Source of the DNA: Octopus vulgaris
Taxonomy: Eukaryota
Reading direction: 5' to 3'
NCBI GenBank assembly: GCA_951406725.2
Contig: OX597832.1
Location: forward strand, 60,884,001 to 60,948,000
Length of the DNA: 64,000 nucleotides
Below the pieces are notes generated by a model. The model searched no databases and had not been told where the DNA came from. It was given only the letters and a program-made list of their open reading frames with translations. Both the position numbers and the translations under genes were made by a program. Positions 28,206 to 41,964 of the stretch are shown here, piece by piece (position 1 is the first letter of the stretch; every line of letters starts with the position of its first letter).

Positions 28206-28675
28206 TGTATGTATGTATGTATGTATGTATGAATATATGTATGTATGTATTATGTATGTATGTATGTATTATGTATGTATGTATGTATGTATTTATGTAT
28301 GTATGTATGTATGAATGTATATACATATATATGTGTATTTGTGTGTATGCTGTCTCTCCCTCTCTCGCACACAGACACACACACACACACGCACACGCAC
28401 ACACACACACATACACACACACACACTGTAATTGATAAAAAGAAAAAAGTGTGATCTTGCCATGGGAACTCCAACGTTTCGGATAGTGTTTCTTCAGCGA
28501 AAAGTTGAGAAGAATGAAATAGTTTTATAGCCTCTATGTTAAGCAAAAAGAAAAGCCTATGAGCAGCTGGTAACACCGGACCATGGGAGTGGTAAAGAAA
28601 GATGAACAGGGTCAGAGAGGCAGCGGAATGTGGAGAACGCAGACCAGCATCTGTCTCTTTGGAGTCCGTTTGGTC

Positions 28676-28710
<35 letters not shown>

Positions 28711-28728
28711 CATATGCATATGTATGTG

Positions 28729-28802
<74 letters not shown>

Positions 28803-28819
28803 TATGAATATATTTATAT

Positions 28820-28980
28820 GCACAGTAGTGGCTGTGTAGTAAGTAGCTTGCTTACCAACCACATGGTCCGGGTTCAGTCCCACTGCCTGGCACCTTGGGC
28901 AAGTGTCTTCTGCTATAGCATCGAGCCGACCAAAACCTTGTGCGTGGATTTGGTAAACGGAAACTGTAAGAAGCCTTTTG

Positions 28981-29023
<43 letters not shown>

Positions 29024-29222
29024 GTATGTGTGTGTGTGTGTGTGTGTATCTGTGCTTGTCCCCCAACATCGCTTGACAACCGATTCTGGTGTATTGACGT
29101 CCCTGTAACTTAGCGGTTCGACAAAACAGGCCGATAGAATAAATACTGGGCTTACAAACAATAAATCCCGGGGTCGATTTGCTCGACTAAAGGCGGTGCT
29201 CCTGCATGGCCGCAGTCAAATA
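28820..29222 (+). mobile_element. SINE family A, full length
   Basis: Head, central microsatellite and tail as in other copies. Confidence 0.92.
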
Positions 29223-29606
29223 AACGAATACACATATATATTTATATGGTGCAATGTGAAGTACTCGAAAAACTATGAGAGCTGAGTGCAAAGCAGAGTA
29301 AAGCATGTGATTTACTATAATTTCCCTGAGTGTCAAATTTGTTCCTGCGTGTTTCACCAATTGGTATTAATTACAGGTGAAAGGGTTTTCATACACTCAG
29401 AATTCAAATTCACTCTGGGATTCCGTACGTGATCATTTTAATTTTGAAGTGCTAACCTTTTGCACTCATCCCTTTTGTCTCAAGAAAACCATTGGAGATA
29501 AACCCAGAAGCAACACGGTATAAGAGAAATTAAACCATGCAATGGTACTAAGTCCCACAGTGGAAGAGGAACGAGTTGGATGAAGAGCTACGTTCAGCCA
29601 AAAATA

Positions 29607-30094
29607 TTGGGTTGAGTCCATAAAATAGGATTTGACTACACATCCATTTAGAGCACAGTTTAAGCTATCTTTCCGTGGAAGAAGGTCTGTGTTAATTTTG
29701 TAACCCTTGAAAATGGAAGATAAGAAAGTTCATTATCGACACTTGATGCTTTGGGAACCAGACAAAAATTGCTGCATCGGCTGGGATGTGTTACCCCTCC
29801 CTCCATATTCACCAGATATTGCTCCTTCGGATTTCCACTTATTCAGGTCTCTGAAGAATAGTTTTAATGGTAAAAATTTCAATTCCTTGGATGACGTAAA
29901 AAGATACCTTGATGAATTCTTTGCCCTGAAACCACCTCAATTCTGGGAAGAGGGTATTTTCAAGTTAAAGGAAAGTTGGAGACGCATTGTGCAACAAAAT
30001 GGTTCATATTTGGTTGATTAAAATTGTAATGGCAAGTATTTATTGACCTTTTTCTTTCCTTTAAAAATCGGCACGAACTTTCCGTACAACCCAA
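29607..30094 (+). mobile_element. Internally deleted mariner (DD34D-type) element
   Basis: TA|ttgggttg … caacccaa|TA termini. ORF 29707-30021 joins a mariner N-terminus (MEDKKVHYRHLMLWE) to a C-terminus with GWDVLPLPPYSPDIAPSDFHLFRSL … FWEEGIFKL..W..IVQQNGSY. Confidence 0.9.
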
Positions 30095-30398
30095 TATTAC
30101 CTATCACTTCTTCTTACTGTGTATTAACGTGGGTCATTTGTTGTTACACTTTACCCGACAGTTGTTACCCTATCAATACATGGCAGATTCGAATGTGAAT
30201 ATCTATTCGCTGTTGTTTCTTGCCATCAAGGGACATATCCCCTCTGTAGACGATGTGTGTTCGACTATTCACATGTGTTAGGAACTTGCCTTGTCTAAAC
30301 TGGGTTTTTAACTGGGGACCATAAAATATTTTGTTTTTGAAATTTATCTGCAATAAATTGGTTATACGTTTGCAATAAAAAAAATATTTTAATATTCT

Positions 30399-30815
30399 TA
30401 TTTCTTTACTACCCACAAGGGACTAAACACAGAGAGGACAAACAAGGACAGACAAATGGATTAAGTCGATTATATCGACCCCAGTGCGTAACTGGTACTT
30501 ATTTAATCGACCCCGAAAGGATGAAAGGCAAAGTCGACCTCGGCGAAATTTGAACTCAGAACTAAAAGACAGGCGAAATACCTATTTCTTTACTACCCAC
30601 AAGGGGCTAAACACAAAGAGGACAAACAAGGACAGACAAACGGATTAAGTCGATTATATCGACCTTAGTGCGTAACTGGTACTTAATGTATCGACCCCGA
30701 AAGGATGAAAGGCAAAGTCGACCTCGGCGGAATTTGAACTCAGAACGCAATGGCAGATGAAATACCGCTAAGCATTTCGCCCAGTGTGCTAACGTTTCTA
30801 CCAGCTCACCGCTTT
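30399..30815 (-). mobile_element. SINE family B dimer flanked by one ~18-bp TSD
   Basis: One head, two bodies and tails, junction at 30581; TSD aaaatattttaa(t/c)attct at 30381-30398 and 30816-30833. Confidence 0.92.
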
Positions 30816-32210
30816 AAAATATTTTAACATTCTGTCTAGGATTCGTAATGATATTTAATTATTAAAATACAATAGGATTCTTTAACCATTGAGTGGTTAA
30901 ATAGGGTCCAGTAGAGTAAAACAAGAATGAAAGGGATCCAAAGGTAAAAAGTGGTTGAGTAACAATGGTTTAAAAGGGAGATGTTCTCTGATGATGGAAA
31001 AGAACAATGATCAACTTATTTACATTCGAATCTACCAGAACGTATTGAGAATGAACAGAAACGTTACTATTTAGAAGGACACAGTTCTATGTGCATCCTG
31101 TGAATTATTATCTACTTGGCAGATATCAGCATTCATCAGCAAATAATTCATTTACTGAATTTTTAAAAGAAAAGCCTGTGCTCTTGTTAGAATAACTGGT
31201 CTGGCGCAGTAGATTTGGTTGAGGAGAGACTCAATAAGGCCGAAACACCGCGGTCTCTAAGAGTTTCCTTGCATCGATGAATGACGTGTGACATGAACAT
31301 ACATCGTCTAAAAGGAAGAGATATTCTCTGATGACGGAAAACAACAGTGATAAGATATTCACGTTCCAAAGTATTAAGAATGAATAGATATATTATTGTT
31401 TGGATTTTCGTCGTTCTCAGTGCAACTCATGAATTATTAACCGCTGTTCACATCCAGTTACTTTTCGTATTATGGTTGTTTTACATTTTTTTAATCCTCG
31501 GGTGTACCTTGGTTGAGCCGGCAAAAGGCATTTCAATGCACAGGTCACAAATTGAATAGCGAACAAAGAAACAAATATATTGCCTAGAAAGTATAATACC
31601 GCTGATTAAACACATATTTTAAATGAAGCACCGATTATATGCGTCATAAGAAGTTAGTATTTAGCCCAACCCTTCCAGATATCAGCTGCTATAGAACAGT
31701 CGAGCCATGCAGAAATGACTTCGCGAGATCAAGACTTTGCAACATGAAGGTATCAAACTCTTTGAATAAAATAGCTGAGACATCCAACGTTTAACTAGTA
31801 ATATATAAGACTTCGATGTTCAACTAATTACATGAGAGACGAGACATCCCAAACTGAACCAGTAGAACAAGATATCGTGCTATAAAATAAAATACTCCAT
31901 AGTTGAAAGAGCCGAAGTCGAGCTTAGTGACACAACGTTTCAAAGTATCAACTATACAACTACGTGTTTCCGTGTGATGGAAACTTGCCATTTCCAACGA
32001 GATACTATAATGGTAAACCATTGCTTAGAAGTTCATTTAAATCAATATATATGCAAATTCCCGTCAGTTATTAGACATAATTTGCCCTCAGATATCCTCT
32101 CAGGATTATAAAGAGTATATATCAGAGAACAGGATAAAACAAGAGATAAAGTTTATCCTTGATATTATAAGAAAAATATACTAATTCCACTTTTTATCTT
32201 TTTATCTCGG

Positions 32211-32241
<31 letters not shown>

Positions 32242-32254
32242 CATATATGTATGC

Positions 32255-32308
<54 letters not shown>

Positions 32309-33002
32309 GGAGCAAATAATTCACGAGAAAAAATTATTCACGAAAAAAATAATTATATATGAGCATGTCTAGATATGCAACTATATGCATGAGAATACAT
32401 ACACAAAACATACATACATACATGTCTACATACATACAAACAAAAATACCCTGTTGTTGTTGTTAAAGTTCCAATGTAGGAGCCTTGGTTCGAGGTTAGA
32501 AACCGACTCTTTTTCTACTGGCAAGAAATCTTGAAATAAACTGAATAATGACATACATACATACATATGTACGTATGACCACTGTCAGCATGACATACTT
32601 CATGTATGCGTCTTCTTAAACGTTTGTAGCTGCGGTATAACGTCTGAGAAAGATTCTTTTAAAGACAATGTTAAAAAAAAGCTAAATTAAAAAAACAAAA
32701 AAACACAGTATACTTCAAAATTAGACAAAACAAAACCGCAACGGAAGTGAACGAGAACGATGGATATCGACATTTCCCAGTTTTTTATGCGAGCGCACGT
32801 CTGTCTGTACGTTTATCATAGATGAGATATTATCTAAGCCAAGCTAGGAAGACAGGACTGAGTGGTATGAACTATATACGCGTCATAACTAAGGAGAACG
32901 AAATTTGAGCTTCTAACACAAGGCATTAAGTAATCAATTATAAATAGATAAACGTAATTGTTGAAGAACCCAGAGTTGAGCTTCTAACACAAAGCTTCCA
33001 GC

Positions 33003-33298
33003 CTGGTTGCCAGCAGACTAAGGGGGCCTACCTGCAACTACAAGGGGGCCCACCCGAAACTACAATGCTATCATTTAATATTTTTATTTTATTTTTGTTA
33101 GGAGTATTCTTTTTAGCTGTCTACAAACACAGCCAACCTGAAATGATTAATGCATTTTTCCAGGAGTGAATAAAAAAATTCTCAAACGTGAGGGGATGGG
33201 CCCCTTAGATACTAACATGGGCTCCCATATATGGATTCTAATGGCGTAGAGACCCATTTGCCATTGGGCAAACTGGCAACCTGGCCAGTCCGCCACTG
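33003..33298. mobile_element. hAT-type MITE, left TIR lost
   Basis: Right TIR ccagtccgccactg; perfect 8-bp TSD cttccagc at 32995-33002 and 33299-33306; internal gggccc motifs. Confidence 0.75.
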
Positions 33299-33402
33299 CT
33301 TCCAGCTATAAGTTACTAAAACATCATAGTTTAGAGATCCGACGGCGATCTAGCAACAACACAGGACTTCGAGGCATCGACCCAACGTATCACATTTTCT
33401 CT

Positions 33403-33440
33403 TTGTCTGACGAAGAGCTTTGGCTCAAAACATTAGAAAT
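33403..33440 (+). ncRNA. Decayed minimal hammerhead motif
   Basis: CTGACGA-A-GAGC-TTTG-GCTC-AAAAC-ATT; two G>A changes at CpG positions relative to the intact copies. Confidence 0.55.
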
Positions 33441-34070
33441 CTCTCTTCCACGCCTCACGCGATATATGACCTTATCCAAAATAACAAACCTCTCTATATA
33501 ATATTTTCCAAATACACTGATAGTAGTTTTGTTGGGTCTCCCTCACTTCCTTCGTTCCTTTGGTGTTACCCATTTTTTCTTTGATTTTTCCAGTTTGTAT
33601 AATTATCTTCGGTATTCATTCTTCTAGCAGTCGGAAAACATGACCTAAATGTCTCAATCTTGTTTCCACCCCAATCTCCTGCGCGGCACACACTCTAGCT
33701 ACGCTAATGACACCACGTGTATAATGCATTGTTATAGGCTAAAAAGGGCTTGTGGACTAGTGGTCAAGGTGCTGCACTCCCGATCACTAGATCGTGGGTT
33801 CGATTCCCAGATCGGGCAGTGCGCTGGGTCCCTGAGCAACTCACTTCACCTCAAGTTGCTCTGCGATCACCTCGACACCTAACGTATGAGACACCGTGCA
33901 CCTGTACAGGTAATGTCGATTTGATGGAAGGAAAGAGCTAATGTGCAGCAAAAACATTTGATCTTTATAAACTAAAAATCATCTGTCCAGGTTGTTCACT
34001 AAGAATCTACGAAGTTATTTTCCTCGGACACGAGCGACAAACAAGTAGAAGGCGGGTGAAAGAATTCCAC

Positions 34071-34230
34071 AGGCGTAGGAGTGGCGGTGTGGTAAGCTTT
34101 CTTACCAACCACCTAGTTCCGGGTTCAGGCCCACTGCGTGGTACCTTGGGCAAGTGTCTTCTACTATAGCCTCGGGCCGACCAAAGCCTTGTGAGAGGAT
34201 TTGGTAGACGGAAACTGAAAGAAGCCTATC

Positions 34231-34282
<52 letters not shown>

Positions 34283-34295
34283 ATATATGTATGTA

Positions 34296-34335
<40 letters not shown>

Positions 34336-34925
34336 GCTCAGTGGTTAGAGCGTCGAGCTTACGATCGTGAGGTTGTGAGCTCGAATCCCGGACCTGGCTG
34401 CGTGTTGTGTTCTTGAGCAAGACACTTTATTTCACGTTGCTCCAGTTCACTCACCTGTAGAAATAAGTTGTGACACCACAGGTGCCAAGCTGAATCGGCC
34501 TTTGCCCTTTCTCTTGGATAACACTAGTGGTGTGGAAAAGGGAGGCTGGTATGCATTGGTGACCGCTGGTCTTCCATAAACAACCTTGCCCGCTCTTGTG
34601 CCGGGGAGGGTAACTTTCTAGGTGCAATCCCATGGTCTGTGTCGTGACCGAAGAATATGTATGTGTGTGTATATGTTGGTGTGTATATGTTGGTGTGTGT
34701 ATATGTTGTGTGTGTATATGTTGGTGTGTCTGTGTTTGTCCCCACCAACATCGCTTGACAACCGATGCTGTTGTGTTTACGTCCCCGTAACTTAGCGGTT
34801 CGGCAAAAGAGACCGATAGAATAAGTACTAGGCTTATAAAAGAATAAGTCCTAGGGTCGATTTGCTCGACTATATGTGGTGCTCCAGCATGGCCACAGTC
34901 ACATGACTGAAACAAGTAAAAGAGT
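34071..34925 (+). mobile_element. SINE family A with a family C SINE (34333-34653) nested in its central microsatellite
   Basis: A head 34071-34230, A tail 34725-34925; the C copy has A box tggctcagtgg and B-box-like ctcgaatccc. Confidence 0.92.
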
Positions 34926-35179
34926 ACCCTTTTGTTGTGTCAAGTACCCAGGGTAACAGTCATCCATCCACTGAGTGGTACGTAGTTTCACACGCTCTTA
35001 CGTATTCGACATGGCTTATATCTCGTTTTGTCCTTATATCCTGTTTACAGACATGACTAATGCTGAATCCACTATACAGACATGACTAACGCTTGAGTTA
35101 TTCAATTCTATGGTTTCATGTGTGCGGAAGAATGGAAATAGAATAAAACAAAGTATGTGCACAGACATGTGTGTGGTGT

Positions 35180-35275
<96 letters not shown>

Positions 35276-35626
35276 CGCGTGTGTTTAATGTATGTGCATG
35301 TGTGGGTGTACGTATATATAAGTATATGTGTAAATATATAGAGAGATAAATAGATAGATAATGTATATTTGTGTGAGATATTTACGTTTGTTGATAGTGT
35401 GTGTATGTGCACGCGCGTGCGCGTGCATGTGTGTGTGCGTGGGTGTGTGCGTATCCTAGTGCATATCTGCTTAACAGTTACATTTTATGATGTTCCCATG
35501 GACGAGTTTTGTAGATGCATATAATATAGTATATATTTGTGTATATATTTGTATGTGTGTATGTGTGTGTGCTTGTGTATATATGTATTTGAATATGGAT
35601 ACATATAAATATGTGTATATGTGTGC

Positions 35627-36462
<836 letters not shown>

Positions 36463-36478
36463 CACACACACACATATA

Positions 36479-36609
<131 letters not shown>

Positions 36610-36827
36610 CATATATACGTATATACATACATACATGTACAAACACAAAAACACACACACACACACACACACAGAAACACACATGTGTATATATAGACAT
36701 ATTTGCATATCTGTCTGCAGCCTTTAAAACTGTTATTTAAACCCGAACTAATTCAGGATTTGAAGAGTCATTATTCAACACTCCGCCCACTTGTGGCGCA
36801 ACACGCACTCACACACACACACACACA

Positions 36828-36942
<115 letters not shown>

Positions 36943-36952
36943 ACACACACAA

Positions 36953-36986
<34 letters not shown>

Positions 36987-37378
36987 ACAAGATATATTGT
37001 AGAATATTTGCGATACATGCGCATGTATCTGCCTGTGTATGTGACCCGTATACGTATGATATATGCAATTAAAAACATATAAGTATGGGAAACGGAGTTA
37101 CTGACAATCGTTTAAAAGCATAAATGCATATAAGTGCATAAATATATGAATACAAAAGATACTTACACACATAAATACATATACACACGTAGATGTTAAC
37201 ATGCCTATAAACGTACTTTTATACAAATATACATAAGATATGTCTGTGTCTGTGGGTGTGTTTGTATGTATATATACAAGCGTAAATATATTTTATGTGT
37301 GTGCATGTATATATATTATATATTATATTATATTATATTATATTATATTATATTATATTATATTATATTATATTATAT

Positions 37379-37441
<63 letters not shown>

Positions 37442-37667
37442 GGTGAATGAATTATCCTATGTTTATCGTCAGCATGGAAAATTCGTTTAACCAAAACCTG
37501 GGTAGCAAATTCACGTCAGAAACACGGTTGAAGCGACCTGTCGAAGGGTAGAAACTCCGGGTTCATGTGTAGAAATTTGTGTGTTGTATATGAATAAATG
37601 AAAGAATGGAGTCGAACGAAGATGTTAACAAAATTCCTTTACTCTCGACATATGTTTCGAAGACAAC

Positions 37668-39008
37668 ATGTTTTCATTCCAAAGGAATAAAGGGTGCATT
37701 ATGCAATCTTATCATAAATTATCTGCTAAAGGGTGCATTATGCAATCTTCTCATAAATTATCTGCTAATGTCGACATCTTTAACCAAAAGGCAGACTTCT
37801 ATAACGCCGCCTTGTTAAGAGCCGGTTATAAGGAGAAAGTGTCATACATCGATTCAGCTCATTCTAAACCAACATCTGCTTCTCCAGATAGAAAAGTTAC
37901 TCGTAATAGGAATAATGATTTCAATTCTAATAGTGCCAGCAACCCTGTACATAAAATAAATTCTTTACGGACTAAGAGAGGTAAGCGCCATTCAACCCCA
38001 AATTTCCAACCCAGAAATTTTCCCCTTACTATCACAAATAACACCAAGAACAATTCAAAGGCCACAAAAAACAACTGTATCTGGTTCGTAATACCTTTTG
38101 GAAAACAAATTAAATCGAACCTTCCCTTACAGTTCCGTGAAGCCGTTGCTAGGAACTTTCCCAGAAATTCTAGATATCATTCTATTATCAATTCCCACAT
38201 AGTCAGAATCGCTTTCTCTAACACTAGGAATCTTTCACAAATTATATCTTCCCACAATACCAAGCTGCTAAACAAAGATTCTTCACCCGGGAGTTCCAAC
38301 ACTAATCTTGCTAATTCCAACCCATCATACAATCATAATAATAGGAATAGTATTAATAGTAACAGCATTGGTAGCAGCGAACGTGTTTACAATGATAATA
38401 TTAACAATAGTATTAGTCGTGTTAATAACAATGGTAGTGTTGATGGTAACAACAATAACGGTATTATTGTCGGTGGTATTACTGGTTGTATTACCATTAA
38501 TAATACTACTAATAATAGAAATAGTGTAGTTGTTGGCGTTAATAATAATAGTAACAACAATCATAACAATTAAAACTTCGTTTCGATCTCGGAGGACAAC
38601 CCCAACAGAATTAAATTTTTGTCTAGTAATTCTAAGATTAAGAATTCTATTTACCAGTGTAGAATTTCTTCCGGTACCGATGTCTTCTTCTATATAGGAG
38701 CGACCACTTCCCAGTTATCCAAGAGAATTTCAAACCATTATTCAATATTCAGGGATAGTAAAAAACGACATAGTACAGGGCTAAGTAAATTAATTTGGCG
38801 TCTTAAAGACAACAATATAAATTTCAAGTTAGATTGGTTCATACTGTCTGTATCCTTTCCTTTTGATAAGGGCAGGAGATTTTGTAACATTTGCAACTCT
38901 GAACTCTTCCATATTCTCTTCTCTAAGGTTCCCCTAGTAAACACACTCATAGAAAAATCATACAAATGTAAACGCTGGCAGAAACATACTTTCTACTCAT
39001 ATAAATGA
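37668..39008 (+). pseudogene. PLE ORF remnant: RT C-terminal region, Asn-rich linker, GIY-YIG endonuclease (one in-frame stop at 38571-38573)
   Basis: LSANVDIFNQKADFYNAALLRAGY; CIWFVIPF…NFP…IAFSNTRNLSQIISSHN; SIYQC…YIGATT…RISNH…STGLSKLIW…CNICNSE…LVN…C. The two listed ORFs share one frame. RT catalytic core absent. Confidence 0.88.
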
Positions 39009-39281
39009 TAACGATAGTCACTGTGGTTTGAACAATTAGCTTTACGTCCACCCCACTTCAATAGCGAAATTCTTTCCTAAGCCTTCAAACATCCTTTCAA
39101 TCAACGTACCCTTCCCTCTACACTTGTTCCCTACCTATCATTCCTTTAACCCTTCTCTTCCTACTATATATTTTTGACGTCAATTCTTCTAACAGTTTTT
39201 TTAAAAAACACTCATTATCGTTTTGTTTACCATGTAGGCAGTCATCGAAATTTTTGTTTGTCTTGTTGTCGAGAGAGGCTC

Positions 39282-39374
39282 CCTTTCTTTCCTGATGAGA
39301 AGATTGCATAATGCACCCTTTATTCCTTTGGAATGAAAACATGTTATCTTCGAAACATATGTCGAGAGTAAAGG
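39282..39374 (+). ncRNA. Type I hammerhead ribozyme in the PLE pLTR, intact
   Basis: Stem I cctttctttc/gagag(t)aaagg; CTGATGA 39292-39298; stem II gaagat/atcttc with long loop; GAAA 39352-39355; palindromic stem III CATATG; GUC with predicted cleavage after 39363. Confidence 0.88.
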
Positions 39375-39414
39375 AACTTTGTTAACATCTTCGTTCGACT
39401 CCATTCTTTCATTT

Positions 39415-39498
<84 letters not shown>

Positions 39499-39570
39499 TT
39501 ATATATATATGAGAAAATAGAGATAAATGAATTAATAATTATATTTATTAATTACAAAAATAGACATAAT

Positions 39571-39632
39571 CCCTGACAGCTGTTTCGATTATAATAATTA
39601 TAATCATTATAAAGTTGAATCTTGTCGAAGGT
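39571..39632 (-). ncRNA. Decayed PLE-type hammerhead of a different family
   Basis: Minus strand cct-TCGACAA-gatt…aatc-GAAA-CAGCTG-TC-aggg; segment bounded by (TA)n on both sides. Confidence 0.55.
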
Positions 39633-39694
39633 AGAAAAGAGATATACCATTACATTTTTATATTTTTATGTGTTAAGTGTATGGATCATTTTGG

Positions 39695-39765
<71 letters not shown>

Positions 39766-40331
39766 ATATTCGGGTTTATGTTTTTTTCGGGATGTTCTTT
39801 ATACTTTTGCTTCAGTATATACTTTTTCTTCACTCGTTCATTACTTTTCTTATTCTAACTCATGTCCTTTGCCTGGAAATCTTTCGTCACACATCTGTGA
39901 CCTCTTCATTGACACTTTTCGTTTTTGTGAGTGTTCTTGCTTCACTTACTCCATTCTGTTCTTCTAAGATGTGTATCCTCATGTGCGCATGCGTTTGTGT
40001 CCTTCTTTGTGCGTATGTATGTGTGTATGCTTGTGTACAAGCATACGCACGCACGGACAAACACACGCACACATACACACATCTTTTACTTGTTTCAGCC
40101 CCTTGACTGCAGCCAAGCTGAGACACCGCCTTGTAGAGTTTAGTTGAACAAATCAACCCCAGGTGTTTCTTTCAAAATCTGGTACTGATTTTGTCGCCAC
40201 TGAAGCAAACATCGCACACTCTTGTACGAATAGACTCTCCTGTCCCGTGTCCCGAGGCTCATGGGGCCACCAGTCATCATGGCCGAGATCACAACGTCTC
40301 CCCTCTCACCAAAATTCCGGTTAAATTTATA

Positions 40332-40627
40332 TTGAGTACTGGGGTCAATGCAATTGACTTACCCCCTCCCACCGAAATTACTGACATTGTGCCCAAATTA
40401 CAAAATATTGCTGACACTATGCTTGGGCACAATGTCAGTAATTTCGGTGGGAGGGGGTAAGTCAATTGCATTGACCCCAGTACTCAACTGGTACTTATTT
40501 TATAGACTCCGAAAGAATGAAAGATAAGGTACACTTTGGCGTAATTTGAACTTAGAATGTAAAAACGGACGAAATGCCGCTAAGCATTTTGTCTACCGTG
40601 CTAACGATTATGCCAGCTCGCCAGCTT
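40332..40627 (-). mobile_element. SINE family B with perfect 65-bp fold-back duplication of its tail
   Basis: Arms 40332-40396 and 40423-40487 are exact reverse complements. Confidence 0.9.
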
Positions 40628-40650
40628 AGTAATAATAATAATAATAATAA

Positions 40651-40874
40651 TATCGTTATCATTTATATGAGTAGAAAGTATGTTTCTGCCAGCGTTTACA
40701 TTTGTATGATTTTTCTATGAGTGTGTTTACTAGGGGAACCTTAGAGAAGAGAATATGGAAGAGTTCAGAGTTGCAAATGTTACAAAATCTCCTGCCCTTA
40801 TCAAAAGGAAAGGATACAGACAGTATGAACCAATCTAACTTGAAATTTATATTGTTGTGTTTAAGACGCCAAAT
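40651..40874 (-). mobile_element. Inverted ~224-bp copy of the neighbouring PLE endonuclease 3' end, in (AAT)n
   Basis: Nearly identical to 38793-39016 (WRLKH/DNNINF…HTFYSYK). Confidence 0.93.
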
Positions 40875-40909
40875 AATAATAATAATAATAATAATAATGA
40901 TAATAATTT

Positions 40910-41076
40910 TTGCCACGAGGGCAGCTTGCAGGAGGGAATTAAGTCGATAACATCGACCCCGAAAGGATGAAAGGCAAAGTCGACCTCGGCAGAATTTGAA
41001 CTCAGAACGTAGCGACGAGCGAAATACCGCTAAGCATTTCACCCGGCGTGCTAACGATTCTGCCAGCTCACCGCCC

Positions 41077-41151
<75 letters not shown>

Positions 41152-41376
41152 CAACAACAATCATTTCTATTATAGGCACAAGGCCCGAAGATTTTTTGCG
41201 GGAGGGCAATAGTAGATTACATCGACCCCAGAATTTCATTGGTACTTAATTTATCGACCCTGAAAGGATGAATGGCAAAGTCGACCGCGGCGTAATTTGA
41301 ACTCAGAACGCAGCGACGGGCGAAATACCGCTAAGCATTTCGTCCAGTCTGCTAACGACTCTGCCAGCTCGCCATC

Positions 41377-41451
<75 letters not shown>

Positions 41452-41964
41452 GCCCTGATGGAAATGTTATCATGTACATTGTTTTGTCTTGGTATAAAAG
41501 ATGGGCTACAGCAAATATTCTGCTCAATAACACAGATTTGCTTGTCAGTTGTTTGACCTTAACCAGTTGAGCATGTCCCTTAGTGACTGACGATATGTGC
41601 ATCTCTGATCACAAGCAGAAGTAGTGGGGGAGCATCATAGCCATGTGTTGAGAGGGATGGATTCTTTGGGGTTTGAATAATTCACCTTTGGAAACATGGG
41701 TGGTTCGTTCAACTTCCTTAAACAACCCTTATTCAGGGACCTTTTGAGCGGGATGGGTTACTCGACCAGAAGAAAATTCTGACTGGGCCCCACCTGCAAG
41801 GTCATGTGCTGTTTATCTTGATATGAGATCACCATGTCGCGCACATTTGGTTGTGATGCATGTGCTTGGTGTACCCTTATCAGACTAATAGTCATGATGG
41901 GTATACTGAGCTTTGTATATTTTACCCCAGTGTCACTTTGATGGCATACACTGCTCTCTCACTC

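Larger units (their letters stand above)
37440..39420 (+). mobile_element. 5'-truncated Penelope-like retroelement (Neptune-type) with inverted 5' pLTR, inserted in (TA)n
   Basis: RT thumb/C-terminal region plus GIY-YIG; 37596-37715 is an inverted copy of 39295-39414; (TA)n on both sides. Confidence 0.9.

Noticed and set aside
30985-31160. C/D box snoRNA (TGATGA … CTGA)
   Set aside because: No terminal stem, C box lacks the leading purine, and the duplicate copy has no matching D box.
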